Positions 30,062 through 40,806 are shown, numbered from the stretch's first letter. The stretch: 64,000 bases of DNA from a virus (IMGVR_UViG_3300028766_000004:1-64000); one strand, 5' to 3'. Notes: generated by a model not told the origin, from the sequence alone. Numbers and translations: made by a program.

Positions 30062-31708
30062 TTAATATCCGTAATCAGCATAACGTGGATCGTCCTGCAT
30101 TCTGTCTAAATGAGCTTCCCCACGAGTCAATGTTAGCATCGTCAACCACGATTCCATAGGAGTGAAATTCTGATGCACTTCTTCCACATAAAAAACGTGA
30201 ACCATCGTGTCGAGTCGTTCATCCCAAAACGCTACAAACATTCCAGCTCGTATATCTTCTCGCCCACGAATAACCATCGAACCTTGTTCTAATTGCGAAT
30301 TGTGTTCAAAGGCATTAAACAAAGTCATTGCCAGTTGCTGCCCAACCTTAAACATGTCGGAAGTAGTTATATTCGAACCAAAATCGCTTCTGTAAAAAGC
30401 ATTAGTATCTTCCAAACTACCAATTGTTTTTGGGTCCACTGATAGCAACTTGCTAGTGATTAGCAATTTTCTAAAACCAAACAACTCCATCCTAGAATAT
30501 TCAAGCTTTGTCGATTGAGGAAGAGTCACGCCAGTATCAGTAAACGAACTAGTATCAACCGTAAAATGTGGATTAAGGTTAGTAAGCTGCCCCATCGCTT
30601 GAGATTCGAATGATTCTCCAATCCCACTATTCGTAGCATTAACCATGATATAGTTCCACACTTCTTGGTCGCTGCGACCTAAGTTATAGTTTACTATTTC
30701 ACTTTGATCTATGAATATTGGCAATCCCTTCGCACATGCATCTATACTCCGTGAACCCAGTGGGGTGTACGTAGGGCCAGTTCCACTAAAACTGGTGGTT
30801 CCTACCCATTCCCTGTCTCTATCTCGCCAAGGGGTTGGTCTGAACACTAAGTAAGTGCCATCTGGAGCATCATCTGTGAATATCTCGATAAACGGCTTTC
30901 CAGTGAATTCGTTAAACAAGTCCGACACAGACATTTCCGTCGAGGCTATTGATGGGTCAACTACTCTGAGGCTATAACTCGCTACGTCATCACCTATCCC
31001 TTGGGCAGCTCTATTTCCGTCTACACCATCCACATCAACATCTAATTCAAAAGGTGCTGCAATATTAACTGAGGATATTATGTCGTTGCTTTCGGAGCCG
31101 TTAGCTGAAGATGAATTACTCTGCGTCTGATTCCTGTTAGTGGTTGTTTTTAGAATGTTCTGAAAAGTTGGCGTGACAACTTCATTCCACACCATTGTTA
31201 CTATCTTGGATGGGGTGCAATTACCCTGCAAAATATCGATTCCATATCCAAAAAACAACGGCGATGTAGTCCCAGAAGCAGCGAACACTTGACTCGGGTC
31301 TAAAGCATAAACATAATGTATTACAGCATTTTTAATAGCTTTTCCATAATTCTCTCCAGAAATAACAATCGATCTAACAGGCTTTCCGCTAGACATATCT
31401 AGCGATTTAGATATGGTGGTTACGAAACCCCTCATGATGGTTGTATAATCTTTCGATTCACGCTTCATCCTTATTTCACAATAAACCATCGGTTCTATCA
31501 TATCGTATAGCGTTGCACCGTTAGTATCATCTCTTGGAACAAGGGTGATTCTAAAACTATTCGTCAAATCCTTACACGTAGCCTGCGTCTCTATTTTAGT
31601 CACGTAACCAAGCTGGTTGAATCCAGTGCTAAATGATTGTATTCCTGATGGAAGACCGAGAATTACATCGTATTTTGGATTGAACGTGTTGATATTGCTT
31701 GTGCTCAT
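30062..31708 (-). CDS. Baseplate hub protein
   Basis: IMRGFV, KPFIEIF, FRPTPW, GSMVIRG..DIRAG, FYVEEVHQNF, LTRG. Confidence 0.75.
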   Translation of the reverse strand: MSTSNINTFNPKYDVILGLPSGIQSFSTGFNQLGYVTKIETQATCKDLTNSFRITLVPRDDTNGATLYDMIEPMVYCEIRMKRESKDYTTIMRGFVTTISKSLDMSSGKPVRSIVISGENYGKAIKNAVIHYVYALDPSQVFAASGTTSPLFFGYGIDILQGNCTPSKIVTMVWNEVVTPTFQNILKTTTNRNQTQSNSSSANGSESNDIISSVNIAAPFELDVDVDGVDGNRAAQGIGDDVASYSLRVVDPSIASTEMSVSDLFNEFTGKPFIEIFTDDAPDGTYLVFRPTPWRDRDREWVGTTSFSGTGPTYTPLGSRSIDACAKGLPIFIDQSEIVNYNLGRSDQEVWNYIMVNATNSGIGESFESQAMGQLTNLNPHFTVDTSSFTDTGVTLPQSTKLEYSRMELFGFRKLLITSKLLSVDPKTIGSLEDTNAFYRSDFGSNITTSDMFKVGQQLAMTLFNAFEHNSQLEQGSMVIRGREDIRAGMFVAFWDERLDTMVHVFYVEEVHQNFTPMESWLTMLTLTRGEAHLDRMQDDPRYADYGY

Positions 31709-31710
31709 AA

Positions 31711-34700
31711 TTACTTAGTTCCAGATGGTGACAAGGTCTTAACAGAGGTACTCGCCTTGTTATGATTCAATTTAGAGAAATTCATAGTTCCAACAGTCGT
31801 TTGCTTAGACTGTCCTCCATCAGGCATCGTCAAATTCAATACTGAAAAGTGACTAAACTCAAGAGATTCTCTATTATCTTTAGCTATTTGTCTTAAAGCA
31901 TTATGTATTTCTGTCGCTGTCATTACAGGTTTTTTTTCTACAGGTTTTTTTTCTACAGAACTTTGAAATCCACCAACAGCGCCAGCTCTTGATACGGAAT
32001 TTGCGAACACTGTAACTTGCTCACCTTCTCTTCCTTGATCTGATTCATGACGATGTCCCCAATTTGCATATACCTGCCCAAATTCAGCACCGGCTGTTAA
32101 TGAGTCTAACCTTCCACCATGTGCGGAAACTATTTTACGCAATTCGTCTTCATCGTGGAACGCTCCACCGCTAGCTCTAAGCGCATACTCAACTTCAGAC
32201 CTTAATTTTACATTATTTGGGTCTAACCCAACCCTTTTCAAAATACCTTCAGCTTGGTCTATGTAGTCTTTCTTATATAACTTCATCTGAAAATCTTTAG
32301 TATTTTGAAGAATACGCCTCAGCGTACTACCAGTTTTATTCCCTTGTTCACCCCAATGTTCTTCATTACCCCAATCAGACTCGACGGAAGCAATGTCTTT
32401 AACCAATAACTTGTTTTCGAGGGGATTTAATCCAAGTGTATTATCATTTGCAGCAACTCTAGCACTATTAAGAAAATGTGCCAAAGAACTATCTTGATAA
32501 CCTTTACCACTCCAATTAGCGAATCCAGCATTAACTATAGTACGCCCTGTTTTTGGGTCGTTAAGTGGGTCGTTGTTGATATCAGTGAAGGATTTATCTA
32601 ATGTCATCATATGCTCAGCAGCTGCAGCTTTGGCATACTCTTCAAAATTAGCTCGCTCTGTCTCAGAGCCGTGAGCTGCTCCATTACTAGCTAATACACT
32701 CTCGAAAGACTTAGCCCATGCAGTATTTCCTGATGAAATAAATTTATTATTCTTAAAATCGTTAGCAGTCTCTTGTCCAGCAACACCCCATTGTTTAGCA
32801 TCGATAGATGCTTGAACTGCTTCTTGGACATCTTTCTTACTCCCACCAGAAAACCAACTAACAGCCGCAGCTGACATCCTTATAAGTGGATCAGTCATCG
32901 ACTGTACATATTGGCTAATGTCAACCACAGCCTTTCTAGCCTCATCTTCGTTATTCGTGGATTTAATATTCTGTGTTGCACTAGCTACCGCTTGAACTAT
33001 TTCTTCAGTCGTTTTTCCATCCTTTTTTGCGATGTCGTACACTGCTTGTATCGTTTTTGCGTCTCCCGTACTAAGTGTTTGAATAAGGTTTTCAATGGCT
33101 TTATTAGCTGAAGTTTCCTTATCTCCCTTCGTAACACGTAAATTATTCCCCAAATCCTCAACGAATCGAGTCAGACCAGGACTATTCATCAAGTTCATAT
33201 CTTTCAAACCGTATATGTTCATAGCACTCTTCGGGTTGAGTGGGTCTAAGTCTCCATGTTTTTTCATCTCAATCATACTGAATGCTTGAGACATATTAAT
33301 CCCAGTTTGATTACTTAACGTCTGCATCGCATAATCAACACTCCCGCCACTAGCACTTAAATATTTTGCAATTAGCTTATCCAGCATTTCAGCAGAGTGT
33401 TGTTGTCCGTCGGCAAACTTAGCCTCAAATCCTTGAGACCTAGTCAATTGAACATCACCTGTGTAATTTAATTTTCTAACACCATCAACGACACCACTGC
33501 CGCCACCATACTCTCGCATCATGTCTTGAACAACTGCCGAGCTGATCAAATAACCAAATGGAGATTTAGGATTAGATATACTTTGATCTATACTTCCAAT
33601 TACCTGTGCAGCATATTTACCTTTTAATCCAGGGCCGCTAAAATCACTTCCAGATACACTCCCCATCATACCAGCGAGCTGCAAAGCATTTGGACCGTTA
33701 ACACTCTGTGAACGTCCTATTCCAACCAGGTCTTGGATTCCTTTAAGCATCTCTTCTTCAAGGCCAGCCATTTTTCCAGTTCCGATGGCATCTGCTACTG
33801 ATAAGGCAAACTTATTTTGTTCTTGACCACTAGAGCTTACAGCACCTTCACGAACCATCTGAGCGTTAAATTGGGATGTAGAGTTCAAATCCATCCCATA
33901 CGCTCTGCCCATGATAGCCGAACTATTCAACACACTTCCAAAATCACCCCAAGCCCTCTTACCCATTCCTCGCATCGACTCGCCCATGCCGATACGTTCT
34001 TCCCTAGTTATTCCAAGACCATCCACAGCACTTGTCATTTCACTTCTAAAATCATTTGTGTTCTGACCTTGAGCAGCGGTCATCTTCCACAAATCACCTT
34101 CACGGACTTGCCATTCATACGTCTTTTTAAGTTGCTGACTGACATATTGAACAGCGGTAACTGCTCCCATCAACGCTAATCCAATCCCGGCAGTACTTGC
34201 AGCTGCGCCAAGACCGCCTGTGAGCGCTGCAGCAGATACTTCTTCCCCTGCTATAGCAGTACCTGCCTGAGTAGCTCTATACCCCTGAAATAATTTAACG
34301 GATTTATCAGCGCTCTCCATCATCATAGCTCTACCATAACGATGGGTTCCCGTCATAATACCACTACTAGCTAACGTTCTCGCAAACCCGTACTTCAAGA
34401 CACGGAAAGACTCTCTCTCCTCATCTTTTCCCTGATCATCTATGTCTTTTTTTAAATTTTGCCTAGCCCATGAAGAATACTTAACTGATAATCTTGAAGT
34501 GTTCTCCACTATCCGTATTCTTTCCCGAGCTTGTTGAGCTTCTCTAATCGATGCATTACGAGATGCAACAGCATCATCCTTCATCGCCTTTTTTTTGGCT
34601 GCGAATGCGTCACCTTCAGCTGTTTTTAATGATTTTTGCTGTTTTATTTGTAAATTTAACGATTCTATCGTCTTGGTGTAGCCTATTTGAGATTCTTTAG

Positions 34701-34974
34701 CATATCTTATAGTTTGGCGAGCTTGTTCTTTCTGAACATCAGCTAGCCTAATAGCACCTTTTGAAAAATCTTTTAGGCGTTTATCAGCTGCTTTATAATC
34801 ACCACCAGTAACGGCATCAGATGCATTCTGTAACATAGATTGAAGATATGCGTTGTTTGCACCAGCAGAAGAATCCTCATTTGGATTAGGTACTGCAGCA
34901 GCTTGCTTAGAGGCTTGCTGCTGCATGATATTGAAATTAGGATCGTTGAATGCTCCGCCGTTATTATTTGGCAT
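31711..34974 (-). CDS. Tape measure protein, possible C-terminal lysozyme-like region
   Basis: Long Ala/Gly/Met-rich helical protein after the chaperones; IASVES motif. Confidence 0.7.
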   Translation of the reverse strand: MPNNNGGAFNDPNFNIMQQQASKQAAAVPNPNEDSSAGANNAYLQSMLQNASDAVTGGDYKAADKRLKDFSKGAIRLADVQKEQARQTIRYAKESQIGYTKTIESLNLQIKQQKSLKTAEGDAFAAKKKAMKDDAVASRNASIREAQQARERIRIVENTSRLSVKYSSWARQNLKKDIDDQGKDEERESFRVLKYGFARTLASSGIMTGTHRYGRAMMMESADKSVKLFQGYRATQAGTAIAGEEVSAAALTGGLGAAASTAGIGLALMGAVTAVQYVSQQLKKTYEWQVREGDLWKMTAAQGQNTNDFRSEMTSAVDGLGITREERIGMGESMRGMGKRAWGDFGSVLNSSAIMGRAYGMDLNSTSQFNAQMVREGAVSSSGQEQNKFALSVADAIGTGKMAGLEEEMLKGIQDLVGIGRSQSVNGPNALQLAGMMGSVSGSDFSGPGLKGKYAAQVIGSIDQSISNPKSPFGYLISSAVVQDMMREYGGGSGVVDGVRKLNYTGDVQLTRSQGFEAKFADGQQHSAEMLDKLIAKYLSASGGSVDYAMQTLSNQTGINMSQAFSMIEMKKHGDLDPLNPKSAMNIYGLKDMNLMNSPGLTRFVEDLGNNLRVTKGDKETSANKAIENLIQTLSTGDAKTIQAVYDIAKKDGKTTEEIVQAVASATQNIKSTNNEDEARKAVVDISQYVQSMTDPLIRMSAAAVSWFSGGSKKDVQEAVQASIDAKQWGVAGQETANDFKNNKFISSGNTAWAKSFESVLASNGAAHGSETERANFEEYAKAAAAEHMMTLDKSFTDINNDPLNDPKTGRTIVNAGFANWSGKGYQDSSLAHFLNSARVAANDNTLGLNPLENKLLVKDIASVESDWGNEEHWGEQGNKTGSTLRRILQNTKDFQMKLYKKDYIDQAEGILKRVGLDPNNVKLRSEVEYALRASGGAFHDEDELRKIVSAHGGRLDSLTAGAEFGQVYANWGHRHESDQGREGEQVTVFANSVSRAGAVGGFQSSVEKKPVEKKPVMTATEIHNALRQIAKDNRESLEFSHFSVLNLTMPDGGQSKQTTVGTMNFSKLNHNKASTSVKTLSPSGTK

Positions 34975-35290
34975 CTTTTACCTCAACCCATTCATCAGAT
35001 GGGTTTTTACTTTGCGAAGCTTCAAGTTGAGCTTGTTTTAGGTACTCTTCCATTTCCTTATCGGATGCACCCTCGAATTCATCGTCTTGCGTAATTCCAC
35101 TCGCTCTACGAACCGCCTTCTCATACTCATCGTGGGTCAAGAATTCTAATTCCATCTTCCACGGTTCTATATCCAAATATCTGTCATCGTTCGGTGGAAG
35201 GTTGTATTTCTTGCGAAACCAGAAATCATAACCATCTAAAGCCTTACTTTTCGCCAACTTCCTCTTGTTTTCTTGAAACCACAGGGCGAA
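34964..35290 (-). CDS. Tail assembly chaperone, downstream (frameshift) part
   Basis: FWFRKKYNLPPNDDRYL motif; overlaps the upstream chaperone in the +1 frame. Confidence 0.7.
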   Translation of the reverse strand, partial: FALWFQENKRKLAKSKALDGYDFWFRKKYNLPPNDDRYLDIEPWKMELEFLTHDEYEKAVRRASGITQDDEFEGASDKEMEEYLKQAQLEASQSKNPSDEWVEVKDAK

Positions 35291-35621
35291 AGGAGTTCTC
35301 CCATTTCGTATACACGTCATACAAGTCGTATACAGGCTTCATATCGTACAAGTCCTCGAAATCTAATCCTTCTGGTTTCTCAGTCAACACCACTTCAAGT
35401 GTTGAAATAACCCACGCCATGTTTGAGAAACCAATCGGCAAATCAACACCTTCTGTTTTCTTAGCATTATTCACAGATATTGCAAGAACATCTCTATTAT
35501 TGGGGCGCTTGAATACGAACCTTCCTACTAAATCCTTGAAGCCTTCGATTTCAGCGCAGTTAACTACTAGCGGTATACTCGGGTCTATCGGTTTCTTATG
35601 TTCCAACTTTTGATCTGCCAT
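35244..35621 (-). CDS. Tail assembly chaperone
   Basis: GRFVFKRP...STLEVVL..KP; lies between tube and tape measure; GGAGG RBS. Confidence 0.75.
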   Translation of the reverse strand: MADQKLEHKKPIDPSIPLVVNCAEIEGFKDLVGRFVFKRPNNRDVLAISVNNAKKTEGVDLPIGFSNMAWVISTLEVVLTEKPEGLDFEDLYDMKPVYDLYDVYTKWENSFRPVVSRKQEEVGEK

Positions 35622-35631
35622 AGGTTCCTCC

Positions 35632-35787
35632 TTATGGTTTAACTAGGTCTTCGGGCTTAATACTTTGGTTTTTTGATATTTGGAATAATTTTCCATCGCG
35701 GAAACGGAATGTCACTTCTCCATAGAACTTCTCTGTTTCAGCAACTTCTAATAGTCTAGTATAAGCTGCTTTCTCTGTATCCTTCAT
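35632..35787 (-). CDS. Small 51-aa protein (YezD/DUF2292-like), not in the ORF track
   Basis: GGAG then ATG; MKDTEKAAYTRLLEVAETEKFYGEVTFRFRDGKLFQISKNQSIKPEDLVKP. Confidence 0.6.
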   Translation of the reverse strand: MKDTEKAAYTRLLEVAETEKFYGEVTFRFRDGKLFQISKNQSIKPEDLVKP

Positions 35788-35799
35788 ATTTACTCCAGC

Positions 35800-35847
35800 A
35801 AAAAAGCTGAGGATATGGGAGGGAAGACACCCACAACCTCAGCTTTT
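35800..35847 (-). terminator. Intrinsic terminator after the tail tube gene
   Basis: AAAAGCTGAGG...CCTCAGCTTTT stem with U-tract. Confidence 0.7.
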
Positions 35848-35895
35848 GTTAAACTTTAAGACTGGGGTTCTTCCCTATCCCTTAGTTACCTTTAA

Positions 35896-36321
35896 TTACA
35901 GCGTACCCGACACGTCCAGGGCATTGAAGTTCGCCGAGCTTACCAAAATTGCGTGTTTCTGGATTTCGATATCACCAGAGGCATACGAGCATCCGATAGC
36001 CTTTCTAAGCAGCGATCCGTCACCGTTATCATAAACTGCGATATCGAATACGAATCCTTGCATAACACCGTCGGCATCCTTTGGAACAACGACACCAGCT
36101 TTATACATGCTTCCGAGGTTAAGCACCATGAATCTTGCGGAAACTGTGTACTTCGCCATGGTCGGAACGTATTCCACCACACGAATGTTTCCAACTCCAC
36201 TCGCCTCAGCAGGCGCGTAGTCTTCGTTAAATCGAACATCCTGTAGCAGGCCAATCTGTACACCGTCGAACATTACAACAGCCCGGTTACCACTACGAGT
36301 TTGAAGATTAATAGTAGCCAT
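35896..36321 (-). CDS. Tail tube protein
   Basis: SGNR......IG..Q......Y......GVG.....E.V pattern; 141 aa directly after the sheath. Confidence 0.88.
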   Translation of the reverse strand: MATINLQTRSGNRAVVMFDGVQIGLLQDVRFNEDYAPAEASGVGNIRVVEYVPTMAKYTVSARFMVLNLGSMYKAGVVVPKDADGVMQGFVFDIAVYDNGDGSLLRKAIGCSYASGDIEIQKHAILVSSANFNALDVSGTL

Positions 36322-36338
36322 AAATCAAATCCTCCCTA

Positions 36339-38441
36339 TTAGGAACCAGCCACCGTAGAACTAACCGACGCTGAACCAACATACGGCACGGTAGAGATAT
36401 TTACTAGAACATAATTTGCTGGGATTGCAGGAGAAATCTGGAACGACACATTAATCGTATCTCCGCCGCCCGTTGATGCCGTAATATTTTGATAAGAAGG
36501 CGAATTAGCGTCACCAACAATCAAGTTATCGGTAGTTGCCTGCTTCAAAATCGTTTCAGCAACTGAAACAGCTAGTGCTAAAGTGATTGGTGAGACTACC
36601 TGCCCAACAACATCGTCGTCGAGAGCGTCTTGCACTCTACGAGACACAGTGTCGATAGCCATCTTAGTACTGATTTCAGTGTGTGCCCAGCTGGTTGTTT
36701 GTGTCCAAGTTGTGCGGCTCTGGCAGATTCTATACCCCTTGTTTTGTACGTACTGTAGCGGCGAAATTCCACCAAGCAATAACGTATTAAGGTCGGAAGG
36801 TGTATAAGTTGTCTCCAATGCAACAACATTTGAAGGGTACTTGTGTGTCAGCGGAACACCCGGAGCCACTGCAGCTAGCATTCCAGCGTATAGAGCAGCT
36901 GTGAAGCAAGATGAAGCAACTTGTAGATTCTGGTTAACATCGTAATACGAAATACCGGGAGATGCCAACAGAATTCTATCCGTATTTAATGCTGTAGCCC
37001 TAGCCACAATGGTTGCAACCGGGTTGGAACCGTTAGGCAGGTATTCGCCCAAAGCACCGCCGCAAATTCCAACACGAGGCATCCTTCCAGGTCCAGCCAT
37101 ATAGCTGCAATGTGTGCTTACGGCAGCGTGAATAGAGGCGTTAGTCGATGTCGGGATGATGATTTGACAATCAACATTCTGAAGTGAAGCTATGGAATTT
37201 GTCCAATCCGTTACAGTGCTTGTTCCTTCCGTGCCACCAACCAAAAACTGATTATTTGCGGAGAAATACGGAAGAACAGCTAGAGGATTAACAGCGCGTG
37301 CAGCACTAATAAACGGTGTGCTTGGAGCGTTCAACCAATCAATCAAGGCCTGAAGATTAGCATTGAATGACACCGCTGAAGCTTTGATATTCACAGCCGA
37401 AACGTTATCAAACTGTGAAGCAGTCGTGTAGGTTCCGTTGTTGTTCAAAACGGTTGCTTGGTATATTCCAGTTGCATTGAGATAATCGGCAAGATTCTGC
37501 ACGGTTGTGTATGTAGCAAACAATAGATTCAACGATTCACCTACTGTTGCTGATGTGGTCACAAATGCAGTATCGTTAACAGTCGCTGTGCATGTTCCAG
37601 CAGTACCTACGTATTGCACCTGAAGCAACGGGCGAGCTAGGTTGTCTTGTGTGACCGTTCCACCAACTATATTTCCAACCGTTGTCAAACCAACCGTTGC
37701 TTTTATTCCTGATACAGAACCAGCTGCAAACTTAAAATATATTTGGCTCGTATACAAGCCGTAATCATCAGATGTGATGGTTATCAGTGTGTTTCCCGTA
37801 CCAGTGGTTAGCGTTCCAGCTGAAGCAACAAGAGTTACACCTGTGCCAGTTGAAACCGTTGTGATGGCATTGCCGTCTACGCCAGCTGTACGAGCGGTTA
37901 GAGTAATCACAGCTGCAACAGCTGTAGCAGTAACACCAGTTAAGCTATTTCCAAGGGCAGCGTTCGTGTTTATCGCTAATGCCAGCGAAGTAGCAACACC
38001 ACTAATGTTTGTATCACCAGCTTGAGTTGTGTAGCTGACGAGAACTCCGCCGATTGTTGCAGTCAACACGACGCCAGCGGCGAATGTTCCGCCGACAGTC
38101 AGTGTTCCAGTAGCCTTTGTTCCAGCAACATCAAGCACACGAGCACTTGATGAAGTTGCGGAGTTGGCACGGACTACGTAAATGTTTGTAGCACCACCAG
38201 TTTCAGCGGATGGAGAAAACGCCAGAAGCGTTGCATTCAGCAAATCGCCACTGCGAAGTAGGCTACGAGCGGTTGTCGGGTCTGACACTAACACAGGCCG
38301 TTGTGGAACGCCAGCAGTGCATGTGCCAACAATCGCCAAAACGTTCTGCGCGCCTGGATTTAGATTCAAAAGCTGTGAATCATCAACCGCCACGCTTGCT
38401 TGTGGTTGCACAATAAATTGACCATTAAATACAGTTGGCAT
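36339..38441 (-). CDS. Tail sheath protein with inserted Ig-like domain
   Basis: LLRSGDLL, SDDYG, GGTEG...W, PLTHK, EIS, SPAIPANYV. Confidence 0.92.
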   Translation of the reverse strand: MPTVFNGQFIVQPQASVAVDDSQLLNLNPGAQNVLAIVGTCTAGVPQRPVLVSDPTTARSLLRSGDLLNATLLAFSPSAETGGATNIYVVRANSATSSSARVLDVAGTKATGTLTVGGTFAAGVVLTATIGGVLVSYTTQAGDTNISGVATSLALAINTNAALGNSLTGVTATAVAAVITLTARTAGVDGNAITTVSTGTGVTLVASAGTLTTGTGNTLITITSDDYGLYTSQIYFKFAAGSVSGIKATVGLTTVGNIVGGTVTQDNLARPLLQVQYVGTAGTCTATVNDTAFVTTSATVGESLNLLFATYTTVQNLADYLNATGIYQATVLNNNGTYTTASQFDNVSAVNIKASAVSFNANLQALIDWLNAPSTPFISAARAVNPLAVLPYFSANNQFLVGGTEGTSTVTDWTNSIASLQNVDCQIIIPTSTNASIHAAVSTHCSYMAGPGRMPRVGICGGALGEYLPNGSNPVATIVARATALNTDRILLASPGISYYDVNQNLQVASSCFTAALYAGMLAAVAPGVPLTHKYPSNVVALETTYTPSDLNTLLLGGISPLQYVQNKGYRICQSRTTWTQTTSWAHTEISTKMAIDTVSRRVQDALDDDVVGQVVSPITLALAVSVAETILKQATTDNLIVGDANSPSYQNITASTGGGDTINVSFQISPAIPANYVLVNISTVPYVGSASVSSTVAGS
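38007..38114. repeat. 108-bp exact repeat, copy 1 (in the sheath gene)
   Basis: Identical to 50481-50588. Confidence 0.95.
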
Positions 38442-38466
38442 ATATCACCCTCTCACAACCTTCAGG

Positions 38467-38661
38467 TTAAACCGGAAGGTTTTTGAATTCTGCCAAGCGT
38501 AACTCAAATTCATTTTCAGTAGCTTGGGTAACGTGTTTAACATTTTCCATCCAATGTGCAAAGCCGCCAAGTATCTCGACTCTCTTAGATTTATAAAGTG
38601 GATGCTGATTGAGAAATTCAATCAAACTTATCCGGGGTGCTTTGATTTTTTCGTTTGCCAT
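38467..38661 (-). CDS. Small hypothetical protein upstream of the sheath
   Basis: RBS plus a 64-aa ORF, ISLIEFL...GGF..WM. Confidence 0.6.
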   Translation of the reverse strand: MANEKIKAPRISLIEFLNQHPLYKSKRVEILGGFAHWMENVKHVTQATENEFELRLAEFKNLPV

Positions 38662-38683
38662 TCCCCTATTCCTCTTTCGCTAC

Positions 38684-39355
38684 TTAAACATTTGTTTGAA
38701 CCGAAGTCCCGTAAACTTGGGGTACTACGATTGGAGTAGATGTAGCAGCAACAACAACATCATTTCTCTTGATACAATAATCCAAACAGCCATTTGTGTT
38801 TATATTCAAATACCTAATATAAACCATACTCGGCGCAAAACTTTTAGAGTCTAATTGCATTGGCATTCCAGATGTATTTGCAATGCTGACAGCCTGAAAA
38901 GAGTCTCTCAGTAATAGTACACAGTATTTTACGAAAGAATACAAGTAAAGAGTTGTAGCTGGATTGGTGCTGAACACTCCAATCGAAAAAGATTTGGCGT
39001 AAACTGAGCCAGATTGAATTTCTAGTTTCCCGGTGTCAGTATTTATATCACTATTAATGAACTCACCTACCACCGGGTCTTCTTGCTCGTTACCAACTTC
39101 GACATCGATGCAAGGAATACTTGCATTCCCTACAGGAAATTGGAGAACAAACCTTAAATCGTCATCTGTATTACCTGTAGCCATTGCAGTAAAAATATCA
39201 GCTATCGAAGCTTGATTTCCATTCCATTGTCCGGTAGTAGGCAAAGCACCAAAAATATCAGGGATCATATCGGTGTCGCTGCCAATAGCAGCTATCATCG
39301 TTGTCCATTGAGCCTTAATTGCGGATAGTAGTTCCAACTCAAAGATTTTTATCAC
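38684..39355 (-). CDS. Tail terminator/completion protein
   Basis: Position between neck and sheath genes; FP....IPCI.V....E pattern. Confidence 0.6.
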   Translation of the reverse strand: MIKIFELELLSAIKAQWTTMIAAIGSDTDMIPDIFGALPTTGQWNGNQASIADIFTAMATGNTDDDLRFVLQFPVGNASIPCIDVEVGNEQEDPVVGEFINSDINTDTGKLEIQSGSVYAKSFSIGVFSTNPATTLYLYSFVKYCVLLLRDSFQAVSIANTSGMPMQLDSKSFAPSMVYIRYLNINTNGCLDYCIKRNDVVVAATSTPIVVPQVYGTSVQTNV

Positions 39356-40062
39356 AGCGATGCTCCAGCATTTGCCCCATTTCCACCCAAGAATTCCAAC
39401 TTAATCATGAATCTGACTGGCATCATTTGGAACTCGTCGGTCGGGTTATTGAATTTTACGAACGTGTCTCGTATGTAGTTAGGCGTATCCATCACTATCC
39501 AAGTAGGGCGGGTCATATAACGGAATGAAACAGCTTGCCCTTCTGTCGAAACAGTTTCGGTTACCCATGTGATTTTACCATCTGTACCCAAGGTATAATC
39601 CGTTCCTTGTACAAGCGGCGTAACCGTGTTCTTTGCAGTAGATGTAACAGCGTACAGCACATTTCCAACTGGAGTGTAAGACAACCAATCACCACTATTA
39701 ACGTTGTTGGTGTGTAACACCATGTCATTAAAAATAACTTGGCTATCTATATTTGTAATCCTGTCGAACAAAGACATGAAATTCACATGCTCAACAGTAA
39801 GATATGCTTCACCGAGATTCAAAATACCAAGGTTGTGCTGAGCGTCTGGTTGTTTCTGTTCCCTATTAATCAAACCCCTTATGGTAGATGAAGTGTAGTA
39901 GTATCTACCAGTTCCGTCGCACACATTGCAATCAGCTACAGCCTGCCTCGTAGTCGGGTCTACACAAGGGCAAGGGATTTGCTTTTCCCAAAGAAGATTC
40001 AGTCCTTTGGTGTTTATCAAATCTATGAATTGTTGAGGATCAAAATCTACTCGCTGTAGCAC
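39352..40062 (-). CDS. Head closure/neck protein
   Basis: WEK..PCPC.....CNVCDGTG..Y, DRI, SFRY..RP. Confidence 0.75.
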   Translation of the reverse strand: MLQRVDFDPQQFIDLINTKGLNLLWEKQIPCPCVDPTTRQAVADCNVCDGTGRYYYTSSTIRGLINREQKQPDAQHNLGILNLGEAYLTVEHVNFMSLFDRITNIDSQVIFNDMVLHTNNVNSGDWLSYTPVGNVLYAVTSTAKNTVTPLVQGTDYTLGTDGKITWVTETVSTEGQAVSFRYMTRPTWIVMDTPNYIRDTFVKFNNPTDEFQMMPVRFMIKLEFLGGNGANAGASL

Positions 40063-40063
40063 G

Positions 40064-40795
40064 TTAAATCACCGTGAACGGAATACCTCTGTACTCAGCC
40101 ATCAAGGTATTAACCAATTCCTGAATCTGTTCGTTATATGAGTTTATTCTTCCACTATAAGGACCATATTTACCACCCATGACACTCATGGTCTGCGACA
40201 AACCGTCTTCACCAATACTTTGGCTCTGTATTCCGGGATTCAATACAGTGGAATTATTCATTACATGAATTGCAGCTTTCATACCAATAATGGCATTAAC
40301 AATGTCTGGAACCTTGCCGGTGTCGAATCCAGCGGTATACGATACGTGGAACAACGATGGCAAACTATTCAAACGTCCCATTAATGGTAGCCAGTTTCCA
40401 CCTTGACCGATGAGCACTTGAGATAGTGTTCCAGCAGTTGGTATTAGCTGAATCTGACCAGCTTTCTTTCTCAATTTAACCCACGGCTGAGGAAATATCA
40501 TTATTGATTGGCCTGTTGGGTAGATAGCTTGTACTGATTGAACGGATAGTACGGGGTAATGATATAAGGCAATATAGCAATAATCTTGATATTGCTCTAC
40601 ATAGTAATCATGCTGTTCGTCTTCAATAATCTCAGGTGCTATAAACACCTTATGAGTCATACTGAACCAAGCGACGGCATTAATTATAGCGGTATCGAAC
40701 AGGGAATCAGGGAGAGCGACACCGTTTTGGTCGGTGAGCTTAACACCGCTCAAATAATTCGCTATTAAGTCTGCTTCAACTATTAAGTTTGCCAT
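40064..40795 (-). CDS. Head-tail adaptor/neck protein
   Basis: EQHDYY, YPVLSV, GQIQLIP, VSYTAG, GIQSQSIGEDGLSQT. Confidence 0.75.
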   Translation of the reverse strand: MANLIVEADLIANYLSGVKLTDQNGVALPDSLFDTAIINAVAWFSMTHKVFIAPEIIEDEQHDYYVEQYQDYCYIALYHYPVLSVQSVQAIYPTGQSIMIFPQPWVKLRKKAGQIQLIPTAGTLSQVLIGQGGNWLPLMGRLNSLPSLFHVSYTAGFDTGKVPDIVNAIIGMKAAIHVMNNSTVLNPGIQSQSIGEDGLSQTMSVMGGKYGPYSGRINSYNEQIQELVNTLMAEYRGIPFTVI

Positions 40796-40806
40796 GTTTT
40801 AATCAT

